Of a stretch of DNA of 18,761 nt, positions 1 to 7,810 are shown piece by piece. A program made the position numbers and the translations under genes. The notes beneath the pieces were generated by a model that ran no database searches, was not told the origin of the DNA, and was given only the letters and a program-made list of their open reading frames with translations. Numbering within the stretch: position 1 is the stretch's first letter; each line of letters opens with the position of its first letter. Source of the DNA: Armatimonadota bacterium (GTDB taxonomy: Bacteria > Armatimonadota > Armatimonadia > Armatimonadales > Armatimonadaceae); contig JAYUUO010000015.1 in NCBI GenBank assembly GCA_043754515.1, forward strand, positions 1 through 18,761, in the 5' to 3' direction.

Positions 1-2
1 AG

Positions 3-1139
3 TCGGGCACCCATTCGCCGCGCATTCCGGAGTTGTCGCGCGTGCTAGACGCTCTTGGCGCATCGCCGGTTGCCATAAAGGACGCCCTACGGCTCCTGGA
101 CGTGCCGCGCGCTGTTCTCGCCACGCGCGGTGACTATGACACGCCGATGACCCTCTCGCTCGGGGACTTTCTGTTCGGTCTACGCCAGCGTTCCGGCAAA
201 ACGCAGGCGCAGGCCGCCTGTTCCGCCGGGGTTTCGCGCTCACTGTACGCGCAGTGGGAGCATGACGCCGGACAGCCGACGCCCGGACAACTACACGCCG
301 CCGCGTTCGCGCTCGGCGCGTCCGCCTCGGAAGTCGTCATACTCACGACGCGCCGGTTCGCGCGCATACCGATGGAGCGGAGTCGGGACGCCGTGCTGGC
401 GCAATACACGGCCTTGTATGAACTCGGGGCCGACAAGTCGGAGGCGATACAGGTACCGAGGATGCTGTCCGTTATCGCGCTTGCCGCTTGTCTCGTGCGC
501 GACGGGAAAGCCGACATCGGCGACCTCGCGCTCCTTGTCGGCGACTATGCCGGGAGCCTGGAAGAGTGGCATGGCGATGCCGCGCTTCACGCCCCTTATC
601 GTCGCCGCGCCCTCGCGCTCGCCGAACAGTCCCATCAGCCGCTCCACTTTCACCTCGTCAACGTAGTGCGGGGCATCCTCGACCCCGAGACAAACCCGCA
701 ACCTCTCCGCGAGCGCGTCGCCGCCGCCCTCGCCTGGCGTCCTCGCTTCCCAAGCAACGCGGGCAAGTCGTACCTGCTATCGTTTATCGCCCGCGCACTG
801 GCATCGGAAGTGCCCGACGAGGCCATGCGCCTCGCCGACGAGTACTGCGCCCTGGTCTCGGATGACCCGAGCGAGTATCCGTGTCGCCTACGTGACCGGG
901 GCAACCTGCTCCTGAAGTGCGGACGCGCCGCCGAAAGCGTGGCACTCATCGCGACGCTCGCCCCGCAGGATGCCTACCGCGAGGGGTTGCGGGAGATCGA
1001 GATGGCGCAAGGACTGGTCGTGTTGGAGTCCTTCCCCGAGGCGCGGGTCTGCGTCCAGAAAGCGCGCCGGATTTTCGCCCGCAACACGAATGCCTACGTG
1101 AATACGGGGATGGGCAACCTGGAACGCGCCCTGTCGTAG
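3..1139 (+). CDS. XRE-family helix-turn-helix regulator with tandem HTH domains and helical/TPR-like C-terminus (5'-truncated by the window)
   Basis: The frame is open from base 3. SGTHSPRIPELSRVLDALG looks like the end of one XRE HTH, followed by a complete HTH (LGDFLFGLRQRSGKTQAQAACSAGVSRSLYAQWEHDAGQPTPGQLHAAAFALG). The C-terminal RLRDRGNLLLKCGRAAESVALI is TPR-like. Confidence 0.75.
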   Translation, partial: SGTHSPRIPELSRVLDALGASPVAIKDALRLLDVPRAVLATRGDYDTPMTLSLGDFLFGLRQRSGKTQAQAACSAGVSRSLYAQWEHDAGQPTPGQLHAAAFALGASASEVVILTTRRFARIPMERSRDAVLAQYTALYELGADKSEAIQVPRMLSVIALAACLVRDGKADIGDLALLVGDYAGSLEEWHGDAALHAPYRRRALALAEQSHQPLHFHLVNVVRGILDPETNPQPLRERVAAALAWRPRFPSNAGKSYLLSFIARALASEVPDEAMRLADEYCALVSDDPSEYPCRLRDRGNLLLKCGRAAESVALIATLAPQDAYREGLREIEMAQGLVVLESFPEARVCVQKARRIFARNTNAYVNTGMGNLERALS

Positions 1140-1335
1140 CGTCGGCTCGCCTCCGGGATCGAGTGGTTCATACCCCGTCCCGGCACGAGCCGGTATTCCC
1201 CCATCCCACCCGCGTCGAACGCCGACGTGATCCGCTTGCAGTCCGAAGAGATTGTTCTTCGCCGCCGCCGGGGTACACTGCCTCCGGTCGGGAGAATCCG
1301 GACCTACTTCTACACGATAACTGGCGGCAAAAACT

Positions 1336-2310
1336 ATGAAAGCAATCCGAATACACGCATTCGGCGGAACCGACGCGCTCCGCCTCGAAGACGTCCCCGA
1401 TCCCGTGCCCGGCGCGGGCGAGGTGCTCGTCAAAATCCACGCGGCGGGTGTTAACCCCGTGGACACCTACATCCGCGCTGGGATTTACGGCGAGCGGCCG
1501 ATGCCATTCACGCCGGGTTTAGACGCGGCGGGCGTGATCGAAGCCGTCGGCGCGAACTGCCTGGATTTCGAGCCGGGCGACCGCGTCTATGTCGGCAGTC
1601 CGATCACCGGCACGTACGCCGAAAAGTGTCTGGTCAAAGTCGAGCATACGTACCGGCTCCCCAGCGGCGTGACATTCGAGCAGGGCGCGGCGATCGCCGT
1701 GCCGTACGCGACTGCGTTCCGCGCCCTGTTCAGCAAGGCACAGGTCAAGACGGGCGAGACGGTGCTGGTTCACGGCGCGTCGGGCGGGGTCGGGCTGGCG
1801 GCGGCGCAACTCGCGCTCGGGAAGTTCAGCGACGCGAAGAACCTGACGGTTATCGGCACGGCGGGCACGGACGAGGGGCTGAAACTGGTGCGCGAGCAGG
1901 GCGTGACACACGTCCTGAACCACCGCGACCCCGGCTACACCGAGCAGATCATGACGATCACTGAAGGGCGCGGCGTGGACGTGATCCTGGAGATGCTCGC
2001 GAACGTCAACCTGGATCGTGACCTGGATCTGCTGGCGAAGTTCGGGCGCGTGGTTGTGATCGGGAACCGGGGAACGGTGACGATTGACCCGCGCAAGATG
2101 ATGGGCAAGGACGCGACGGTGACGGGAATGACGCTCTTCAACGTCACGCCCGCCGAACTCGGCGCGATCCACGCCCAGCTTTATACGGGCCTGTTCGAGG
2201 AGACCTTGCGCCCGGTGGTCGGCAAATCATTCCCGCTCGCCGACGCCGCGAAGGCGCAGGAGGCGGTGATGGAACCGGGCGCGTATGGCAAAATCGTGAT
2301 TCTGCCGTAG
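1336..2310 (+). CDS. qor: NADPH:quinone reductase, zeta-crystallin/MDR family
   Basis: 324 aa. N-terminus MKAIRIHAFGG, motifs GVNPVDTYIRAG and VLVHGASGGVG (nucleotide binding), terminal GKIVI. No catalytic Zn cysteine cluster. Confidence 0.9.
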   Translation: MKAIRIHAFGGTDALRLEDVPDPVPGAGEVLVKIHAAGVNPVDTYIRAGIYGERPMPFTPGLDAAGVIEAVGANCLDFEPGDRVYVGSPITGTYAEKCLVKVEHTYRLPSGVTFEQGAAIAVPYATAFRALFSKAQVKTGETVLVHGASGGVGLAAAQLALGKFSDAKNLTVIGTAGTDEGLKLVREQGVTHVLNHRDPGYTEQIMTITEGRGVDVILEMLANVNLDRDLDLLAKFGRVVVIGNRGTVTIDPRKMMGKDATVTGMTLFNVTPAELGAIHAQLYTGLFEETLRPVVGKSFPLADAAKAQEAVMEPGAYGKIVILP

Positions 2311-2336
2311 GTGGGGCGTTGCGCACGTCCTCACTG

Positions 2337-2364
2337 CCCCCTCCCGGTATGCAACGGGAGGGGG
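2337..2364. terminator. GC-rich hairpin between convergent genes (terminator-like or REP-like)
   Basis: CCCCCTCCCG-GTATGCAA-CGGGAGGGGG forms a 10-bp perfect stem. No clear U-tract. Confidence 0.5.
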
Positions 2365-2394
2365 ATGACGCCCAGGAAACGATCTCATGCTCGC

Positions 2395-2631
2395 CTAAGG
2401 GATCGTCTTACCTTCGGCCATCTCATCCGCATAGCCTTTGAGACGGTTGGAGATGATGAGGAACGTCGGTGCCCAAAGCCCGACGAAGATGCCTAACCGC
2501 TCGCCGTGAGCCTGCGCCTCCGGGGTGCTGTCCTTCTTGGCGAAGAACCAGGTAATGATCGAGCCGATCACGGAGATAAAACCGAGCAGGAAACTGATGT
2601 CGGAAATTCGGCGTACTTGCTGTTTATTCAT
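2395..2631 (-). CDS. Small two-helix membrane protein of unknown function
   Basis: 78 aa from ATG 2631 (MNKQQVRR...). Hydrophobic segments ISFLLGFISVIGSIITWFF and ERLGIFVGLWAPTFLII. Divergent from groES. Confidence 0.75.
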   Translation of the reverse strand: MNKQQVRRISDISFLLGFISVIGSIITWFFAKKDSTPEAQAHGERLGIFVGLWAPTFLIISNRLKGYADEMAEGKTIP

Positions 2632-2749
2632 CGAAACGTTGCACTGCCTTTCTAGAAGGGCGCGAACCATCCGCCCGCGCGCATGTGTAGTGTACCTTCA
2701 CGGCGCGCTAAAATCGGCGTCCGGCGGACGCGCAGTGCAACGCCGCGTC

Positions 2750-2778
2750 TTGACAGCCCCCAACACAACGGCTATAAT
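2750..2778 (+). promoter_or_regulatory. sigma70/sigmaA promoter of groESL
   Basis: TTGACA (2750-2755), 17-bp spacer, TATAAT (2773-2778): exact consensus. Confidence 0.92.
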
Positions 2779-2783
2779 CCGAG

Positions 2784-2810
2784 TTGGCAGTCTCCTCTGA
2801 CGTCTGCCAA
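2784..2810 (+). promoter_or_regulatory. CIRCE-like operator (putative HrcA site)
   Basis: TTGGCAGTC-N9-GTCTGCCAA versus consensus TTAGCACTC-N9-GAGTGCTAA. It has 9-9-9 geometry and lies at the predicted transcription start of groES. Confidence 0.8.
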
Positions 2811-2857
2811 AAATGCGCGGAAACACGCGCAGTTTTTTCGCATAAAAGGAAACCCCG

Positions 2858-3151
2858 ATGAACATTCGACCTCTCGGTGACAAGGTTGTGGTCAAGCCCG
2901 CCGACGCTGATGAAAAGTCCGCTGGCGGCATTATTCTCCCGGACGCGGCGAAGCAGAAGCCGCAAGAGGGCACTGTGATCGCGGTCGGTAACGGACGCGT
3001 CCTCGACAGCGGCGAGAAGCACGCGCTGACGGTGAAGGTAGGCGACGTCGTCGTCTACAGCAAGTACGGCGGCACCGAGTTCAAACTCGGCGGCGACACG
3101 GTGATGATCCTCGACGAAGATCAAATTTACGGAATCAAGGAGCAGAAATAG
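2858..3151 (+). CDS. groES: Co-chaperonin GroES
   Basis: 97 aa, [12 protein letters not shown]...GGIILPD...VAVGNG...[16 protein letters not shown] at 2845-2850. Confidence 0.98.
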   Translation: MNIRPLGDKVVVKPADADEKSAGGIILPDAAKQKPQEGTVIAVGNGRVLDSGEKHALTVKVGDVVVYSKYGGTEFKLGGDTVMILDEDQIYGIKEQK

Positions 3152-3153
3152 TT

Positions 3154-4782
3154 ATGGCAGCCAAGGAACTTTTATTCGACGAGCAGGCGCGGCGCGCCCT
3201 CGAGCGCGGCGCGAACGCGGTAGCGAACGCCGTCAAGGTGACTCTCGGACCGCGCGGACGCAACGTAGTGATTGACAAGAAGTGGGGTTCGCCGACGATC
3301 ACGAAGGACGGCGTGACGGTCGCGAAAGAGATCGAACTGGAAGACAAGTTCGAGAATATGGGCGCACAACTGGTTCGCGAAGTCGCCTCGAAAACCAACG
3401 ATGTCGCGGGCGACGGCACCACCACCGCCACCGTGCTCGCACAGGCGATTGTGACCGAAGGCCTGCGCTACGTCGCGGCGGGCGGCGCGCCCCTGTCCGT
3501 GAAGCGCGGCATTGACAAAGCGGTCGAAGCGGCGGTCGCGGCTCTCAAAGCCAACGCCACCGAAGTGACCGACTCAGCCTCCATCGCGCAGGTCGCGGCG
3601 ATCTCGGGCAACAACGACAAAGAGATCGGCGATCTCGTCGCCAAGGCCATGGACGCGGTCGGCAAAGACGGCGTAATCACGGTCGAGGAGTCGAAGGGCA
3701 CCGCGACCAGCCTGGAAGTCGTCGAGGGCATGCAGTTCGATAAGGGTTACATCTCACCGTACTTCGTCACGGACGCCGAGCGGATGGAAGCCGTGATCGA
3801 GAACCCGGCGATCCTGCTCTACGAGAAGAAGATTTCGGCGGCGGCGGACCTGCTCCCGATCCTCGAAAAGCTCGCGCAATCGCGCCGCCCGCTCCTGATC
3901 ATCGCCGAAGACCTCGACGGTGACGCGCTCGCGACTCTGGTCGTGAACAAGATCCGCGGCATCCTGAACGTCGCGGCGGTCAAGGCCCCCGGGTTCGGCG
4001 ACCGACGCAAGGCGATGATGGAAGACCTCGCGGTACTGACCGGCGGCAAGTTTATTACCGAAGACCTCGGCATGAAGCTCGACACGATTGACGTTTCGAT
4101 GCTCGGCACCGCCAAGCGCGTGACGATCACCAAGGACGAGACCACGATCGTCGAGGGCGCGGGGACGGTCGAGGCGATTCAGGGTCGTATTTCGCAGATC
4201 CGCAAGCAGATCGAGAACACGGACTCCAGCTACGACAAGGAAAAACTGAACGAGCGGCTCGCGAAACTCGCGGGCGGCGTTGCGGTCGTCCAGGTCGGCG
4301 CGGCTACGGAGACCGAACTGAAGGAAAAGAAGCACCGCTACGAGGACGCCCTTTCGGCGACCCGCGCGGCGGTCGAAGAGGGGATCGTGCCCGGCGGCGG
4401 CACCGCGCTGATCAACATCATCCCGGCACTCGCGAACGTCCAGTGCGACAACAAGGACGAGGAAGTCGGCGTCCAGATCGTGCGCCGCGCTCTGGAAGCA
4501 CCACTCCGCACCATCGCGGAGAACGCCGGCCTCGAAGGCTCCGTTGTCGTGAATAATGTCAAGGGATTGCCGAAGGGCCAGGGGTTCAACGCGCTGACGG
4601 AAGAGTACGGCGACATGATCGGCTTCGGGGTGATTGACCCGGTGAAGGTGACGCGCTACGCGCTGTCGAACGCGGCCTCGATCGCTTCGATGATCCTGAC
4701 GACGGAGTCGCTGGTGGTGGAGAAGGTGGAGAAGAAGTCGGGCGGCGCGGGCGGCGGGCACAGCCACGACGACGACTACTAA
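3154..4782 (+). CDS. groEL: Chaperonin GroEL
   Basis: 542 aa with hallmark motifs [46 protein letters not shown] and EEGIVPGGG. The tail is [13 protein letters not shown]. Confidence 0.99.
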   Translation: MAAKELLFDEQARRALERGANAVANAVKVTLGPRGRNVVIDKKWGSPTITKDGVTVAKEIELEDKFENMGAQLVREVASKTNDVAGDGTTTATVLAQAIVTEGLRYVAAGGAPLSVKRGIDKAVEAAVAALKANATEVTDSASIAQVAAISGNNDKEIGDLVAKAMDAVGKDGVITVEESKGTATSLEVVEGMQFDKGYISPYFVTDAERMEAVIENPAILLYEKKISAAADLLPILEKLAQSRRPLLIIAEDLDGDALATLVVNKIRGILNVAAVKAPGFGDRRKAMMEDLAVLTGGKFITEDLGMKLDTIDVSMLGTAKRVTITKDETTIVEGAGTVEAIQGRISQIRKQIENTDSSYDKEKLNERLAKLAGGVAVVQVGAATETELKEKKHRYEDALSATRAAVEEGIVPGGGTALINIIPALANVQCDNKDEEVGVQIVRRALEAPLRTIAENAGLEGSVVVNNVKGLPKGQGFNALTEEYGDMIGFGVIDPVKVTRYALSNAASIASMILTTESLVVEKVEKKSGGAGGGHSHDDDY

Positions 4783-4810
4783 GCGGTAGTTGGTTGCTAC
4801 ACAACCGAAA

Positions 4811-4834
4811 GCCCCGTGCCGAAAGGCGCGGGGC
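4811..4834. terminator. Intrinsic terminator-like hairpin after groEL (possibly bidirectional)
   Basis: GCCCCGTGCC-GAAA-GGCGCGGGGC is a 10-bp stem (one G-U) with a GNRA loop, between groEL and convergent gene X1. Confidence 0.75.
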
Positions 4835-4854
4835 GTTCAAACAATCTAGGCTTC

Positions 4855-5556
4855 TCACCAACGGCGGTGGGTCGGGTTGCCAAAATCTCTCGGGGATACT
4901 GACCCGTAAAAAACGCGTTTTGATGTCTTAGTAGGGGTTGGGGCTTGTGTTGTCTGAGTAGGCGCGGGTTCGTATCTCAGTGAGAGTCTTGCCTCTGCCC
5001 GAAACTTATAAAGAACGCCCATCAGTTTGTCCGTGGTGCCCCCACTTCCTCGCTCCACGCTACATATCTGTCTAATGAGACGCTTTCCTCCTGACGACAA
5101 TATACGCTCGTAAACTTCCAAAACCGACAAAGATGGATTGTCAAAGAAGGCACATGTAATACTGCTACGAACGTCTTCTTTCTGTTGTTTGCGCTTGGCG
5201 ACCTCTCGTGCAAGTCTCGCCATCGCGAGCTCTTTTGCATGTGCACTTGCCCTATCATTTTGCGCTACTTCTTCTCTACGCTTCCTCTCCGCTTTTCGCT
5301 TTTGTCGCTCCGCTTCTTGCCTTTGCCGCTCTGGAAGTTCTCGTCGCTTATACACCTCAAACGTGCCAACAACATCAGCAACAGATGGTGTGCGTTTTAT
5401 CACCTCCGGCAACTTGTAGACGACTTTTAGAATGTCGCTGTAAGTAACCTTTTTGCCATAAACATGGGATACTTCTTTGTAACACAGGTTTACATCCGTC
5501 TCCGTAATTTCAAGACGAGTAGCAATGTCGGCGATCAGGTCCGAGTCTGTTCTCAT
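4855..5556 (-). CDS. Orphan protein X, copy 1 (233 aa)
   Basis: ATG at 5556 (MRTDSDL...) is preceded by GGAGGT at 7-nt spacing, preferred over the GTG at 5607. Conserved N-terminal ~75 aa, charged coiled-coil middle, C-terminal SVSPRDFGNPTHRRW. Visibly more AT-rich than groEL. Confidence 0.7.
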   Translation of the reverse strand: MRTDSDLIADIATRLEITETDVNLCYKEVSHVYGKKVTYSDILKVVYKLPEVIKRTPSVADVVGTFEVYKRRELPERQRQEAERQKRKAERKRREEVAQNDRASAHAKELAMARLAREVAKRKQQKEDVRSSITCAFFDNPSLSVLEVYERILSSGGKRLIRQICSVERGSGGTTDKLMGVLYKFRAEARLSLRYEPAPTQTTQAPTPTKTSKRVFYGSVSPRDFGNPTHRRW

Positions 5557-5612
5557 TCGTGGAACCTCCAGGATAATTTTCACCAAGCGACCGAAGACTT
5601 CCTTCACCTGTT

Positions 5613-5633
5613 TGGTACAATAAACGGCAGGAG
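5613..5633 (+). promoter_or_regulatory. Extended -10 promoter and SD for the antitoxin gene
   Basis: TG-G-TACAAT (5613-5621), AGGAG (5629-5633), ATG 5640. The same TGGTACAAT occurs at 7085-7093 and 10278-10286. Confidence 0.7.
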
Positions 5634-5639
5634 AAACCG

Positions 5640-5885
5640 ATGACCCTATCTATCACCGTCCCGGATACGATTGCTACGCGCCTTGTCGCCCTGCCGCAAG
5701 CCGAGCGCGATTCGCTCGTCACCGAACTGCTCACCGAAGCGTGGGACGCTGAAGACGACTTGCGCGAGCGCGAAGACGCCGCGATACGACGCGGAATCGC
5801 CGACGACGAAGCGGGGCGATTCGTGACGTTCACCACGTATGAGGCGTTCCGCGACGAGTGCATAGCGAGAACCGGGCGAAAATGA
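5640..5885 (+). CDS. Putative type II antitoxin (CopG/ParD-like), copy 1
   Basis: 81 aa. Beta-strand start MTLSITVPD and acidic C-terminal AIRRGIADDEAGR typical of ParE-partner antitoxins. Stop overlaps the next ATG (ATGA). Confidence 0.7.
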   Translation: MTLSITVPDTIATRLVALPQAERDSLVTELLTEAWDAEDDLREREDAAIRRGIADDEAGRFVTFTTYEAFRDECIARTGRK

Positions 5886-5914
5886 GCGACGACGAGACCA
5901 CAATCGTTGCTTGA
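5882..5914 (+). pseudogene. Stub of the cognate toxin gene (first codons only)
   Basis: ATGA-coupled MSDDETTIVA*. It has the same position and a similar acidic start as the ParE-like gene of unit 2 (MTDENDAP). Confidence 0.45.
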
Positions 5915-5988
5915 CCGCTTCGGGTAACATCCCGGACGCCGCGAACTATTCCGACCATCTGCCGCTACTCTTGCGGCTCGATATGTAA
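5911..5988 (+). pseudogene. C-terminal remnant of an endonuclease/exonuclease/phosphatase (EEP) family gene
   Basis: Hand translation LTASGNIPDAANYSDHLPLLLRLDM* has the terminal SDHxP catalytic motif followed by a hydrophobic strand and stop. No 5' part is present. Confidence 0.6.
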
Positions 5989-6003
5989 ACGAGGAACAAC
6001 ATT

Positions 6004-6395
6004 ATGCCAGTCACCGAGAACTTTTGGTCGGAGACGATAGACGAAGCCGTTCCCGCCCCGGTCGCTATCCTGCGCGAACAGGGCGAAGCCCTCGCCGAGC
6101 AAACCGAGGGCGTCTGTTCGGCGAGGTTCTTGACAGCGTGATCGCGGGCGCGGAAGGTGTTGACTAAGATTTTTATGTAGGCGTTACCGACAAACCGTAC
6201 CGGTACAACTTTCTCGCGGTAAACATCCCGCTCACCGCCGATTACCCGGTCGTGCTAACGAATCACGACGCGGGAGTGACAACGCAGATTTCTGATCAGA
6301 CGGATTTTGAAAATCAACTCAAGGTAGTTCTTCGCTCCGCCGCGACCAGGCATATTCTCCGCCGCATGATGTTTTTAGCCAACCCCGTGAAGTAG
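6004..6395 (+). pseudogene. Disrupted conserved hypothetical gene (~130 codons)
   Basis: SD GAGG upstream. MPVTENFWSETIDEAVPAPVAILREQGEALAEQTEG, then a frameshift near 6112, in-frame TAA at 6165-6167, then DFYVGVTDKPYRYNFLAV...DYPVV...DFENQLKVVLRSAATRHILRRMMFLANPVK*. Confidence 0.65.
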
Positions 6396-6428
6396 ATAGG
6401 CAGAACCCCGTCGCCGAAGTCGAGTGCG

Positions 6429-6516
6429 GCTTCGATGACGCTGACGACCGAGTCGTTGGTGGTCGAAAAGGCAGAAAAGAAAAAGTGCGCCCGCCGGGAA
6501 GCATGACGATGACTAA
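6429..6516 (+). pseudogene. Displaced groEL 3' tail, copy 2
   Basis: Reads [18 protein letters not shown] versus gro[20 protein letters not shown] (44/54 nt by hand). After a frameshift it ends CAT GAC GAT GAC TAA AGCG, like groEL CAC GAC GAC GAC TAC TAA AGCG. Confidence 0.85.
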
Positions 6517-6575
6517 AGCGTGGTCGCTTATCGCTCCGGTATACGAGTGCCGGGCGTTCAGACCGTTCGGGTTTC

Positions 6576-7028
6576 TTACCAACGGCGGTGGGTCGGATTG
6601 TCAAAATCCCTCGGGGATACCGATCCGTAGAAGATCTGTTGTTTGGGCGCGGCGTCCTCTCGTGCAAGTCTCTCGATCTCGAGCCGTTTTGCGTGTGCTA
6701 ATGACCTATCATTTCGCGCCTTGTTTCCACCGCGCGGTTGCTCCGCTTTTCGCTTCCGTCGCTCTGAGAATTGCAGTTGATCCGCTTCTCGCCTTTGCCG
6801 CTCTAAAAATTCTCGCCGATAATCCATCTCAAACGTGTCAACAACTTTAGCAACAGTCGGTGTACGTTTTAACGTCTCCAGCAACTTGTTTATGACTTTT
6901 AAAATGTCGCTGTAAGTGACCTTTCTACCGTAAACACGGGATACTTCTTTGTAACACAGGTTTACATCCGCCTCCGTAATTTCAAGACGAGTAGCAATGT
7001 CGGCGGTCAGGTCCGAGTCTGTTCTCAT
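6576..7028 (-). CDS. Orphan protein X, copy 2 (150 aa)
   Basis: Same GGAGGT-N7-ATG start, N-terminal domain and FYGSVSPRDFDNPTHRRW end. Lacks about 80 aa present in copy 1, with the frame preserved. Confidence 0.7.
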   Translation of the reverse strand: MRTDSDLTADIATRLEITEADVNLCYKEVSRVYGRKVTYSDILKVINKLLETLKRTPTVAKVVDTFEMDYRREFLERQRREADQLQFSERRKRKAEQPRGGNKARNDRSLAHAKRLEIERLAREDAAPKQQIFYGSVSPRDFDNPTHRRW

Positions 7029-7111
7029 TCGTGGAACCTCCAGGATAATTTTCACCAAGCGACCGAAGACTTCCTTCACCTGTTTGGTACAATAAACGGC
7101 AGGGGAAACCG

Positions 7112-7348
7112 ATGACCCTATCTATCACCGTGCCGGATACGATCGCCACGCGCCTTGTCGCCCTGACGCAAGCCGAGCGCGACGCCGATGTTGCCGACGC
7201 GCTTGTGTTGAAATGGAACGCGGACGACGAACAGGAAGCCGCTATCAATCGGGGCATTGACGAGTTCAAGGCGGGGCAAATGATGTCGCACGAGGCTTTC
7301 ACCGCGAAGTGGAACGAGTTTCGAGCGGCGCAAGTGTCGGCGCAATGA
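7112..7348 (+). CDS. Putative type II antitoxin (CopG/ParD-like), copy 2
   Basis: 78 aa. First 24 aa nearly identical to copy 1, then AINRGIDEFKAGQMMSHE. ATGA overlap with a ParE-like toxin. Confidence 0.72.
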   Translation: MTLSITVPDTIATRLVALTQAERDADVADALVLKWNADDEQEAAINRGIDEFKAGQMMSHEAFTAKWNEFRAAQVSAQ

Positions 7349-7690
7349 CGGACGAAAACGACGCGCCGGTTTACGTTCTGCAATTCACGAGCGACTTTTT
7401 CGCCGACGTTCGCAAAGGGTGGGAACACTCCCGCCTTCACGCAAACGAGGAAGTCGCCGGCGCGAACCGTGGTCTAAATCCTCCGAAACCCGCTTGGCTA
7501 CGGGCTTCCTGACGAGTACGGACACTTCCGCAAGCCGATGCGCCGAATGATTCACCGCCGCACACCTAGTTCCGTAGCGTACCGCGTCCTGTATTTCGTG
7601 GACGTTCCCGCGCCGCAACCGGACGGCACGACAGCGACGCCGGTTGTAATTGTCGCCGCGCTACACGCTTCCGCGAGACCGTTGTCCGCG
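7345..7690 (+). pseudogene. RelE/ParE-family toxin, frameshifted/internally deleted
   Basis: One frame gives MTDENDAPVYVLQFTSDFFADVRKGWEH.... After a break near 7460-7478 another frame gives LRNPLGYGLPDEYGHFRKPMRRMIHRRTPSSVAYRVLYFV...VVIVAALHASARP, matching the ParE pattern (NPxG...YRxxY...V.I...H). The natural stop appears lost; the end coordinate is approximate. Confidence 0.75.
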
Positions 7691-7810
7691 CGAAAAGCCT
7701 GTGCGTTAGACCGGGTCGCGCACCATCGGCGTCGAAACCGACCCCGGGCTTCTGGCGCGGGTGCTCGCGGGAAGCCTCGCCTCGCGCGTCGCGGTATCAT
7801 AAAACAAGTT

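Larger units (their letters stand above)
4684..5710. repeat. groEL-anchored repeat unit 1 (live groEL tail, terminator, gene X1, promoter, antitoxin 5' end)
   Basis: Colinear similarity with 6429-7182 and 9597-10311. Shared strings include GATACTTCTTTGTAACACAGG, TCCGTAATTTCAAGACGAGTAGCAAT and TTCCTTCACCTGTTTGGTACAAT. Confidence 0.9.
6429..7182. repeat. groEL-anchored repeat unit 2
   Basis: groEL tail copy, right arm of the terminator (CGGGCGTTCA), gene X2, TGGTACAAT promoter and the first 71 nt of the antitoxin, all matching unit 1. Confidence 0.9.

Noticed and set aside
3754..4767. 337-aa antisense ORF over groEL, and similar shadow ORFs over qor and the macroglobulin
   Set aside because: These are expected by-products of high-GC codon bias opposite real genes.
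4855..5607. Gene X as an integrase, with the GTG start at 5607
   Set aside because: No tyrosine or serine recombinase motifs and too short. The GGAGGT-N7-ATG at 5556 is the better start.
6381..6428. Extension of groEL tail copy 2 upstream (AACCCCGTGAAG vs GACCCGGTGAAG at the same 36-nt spacing)
   Set aside because: The intervening 36 nt match at only about 12 positions, and the motif is also the end of the 6004-6395 pseudogene. It cannot be separated from chance.
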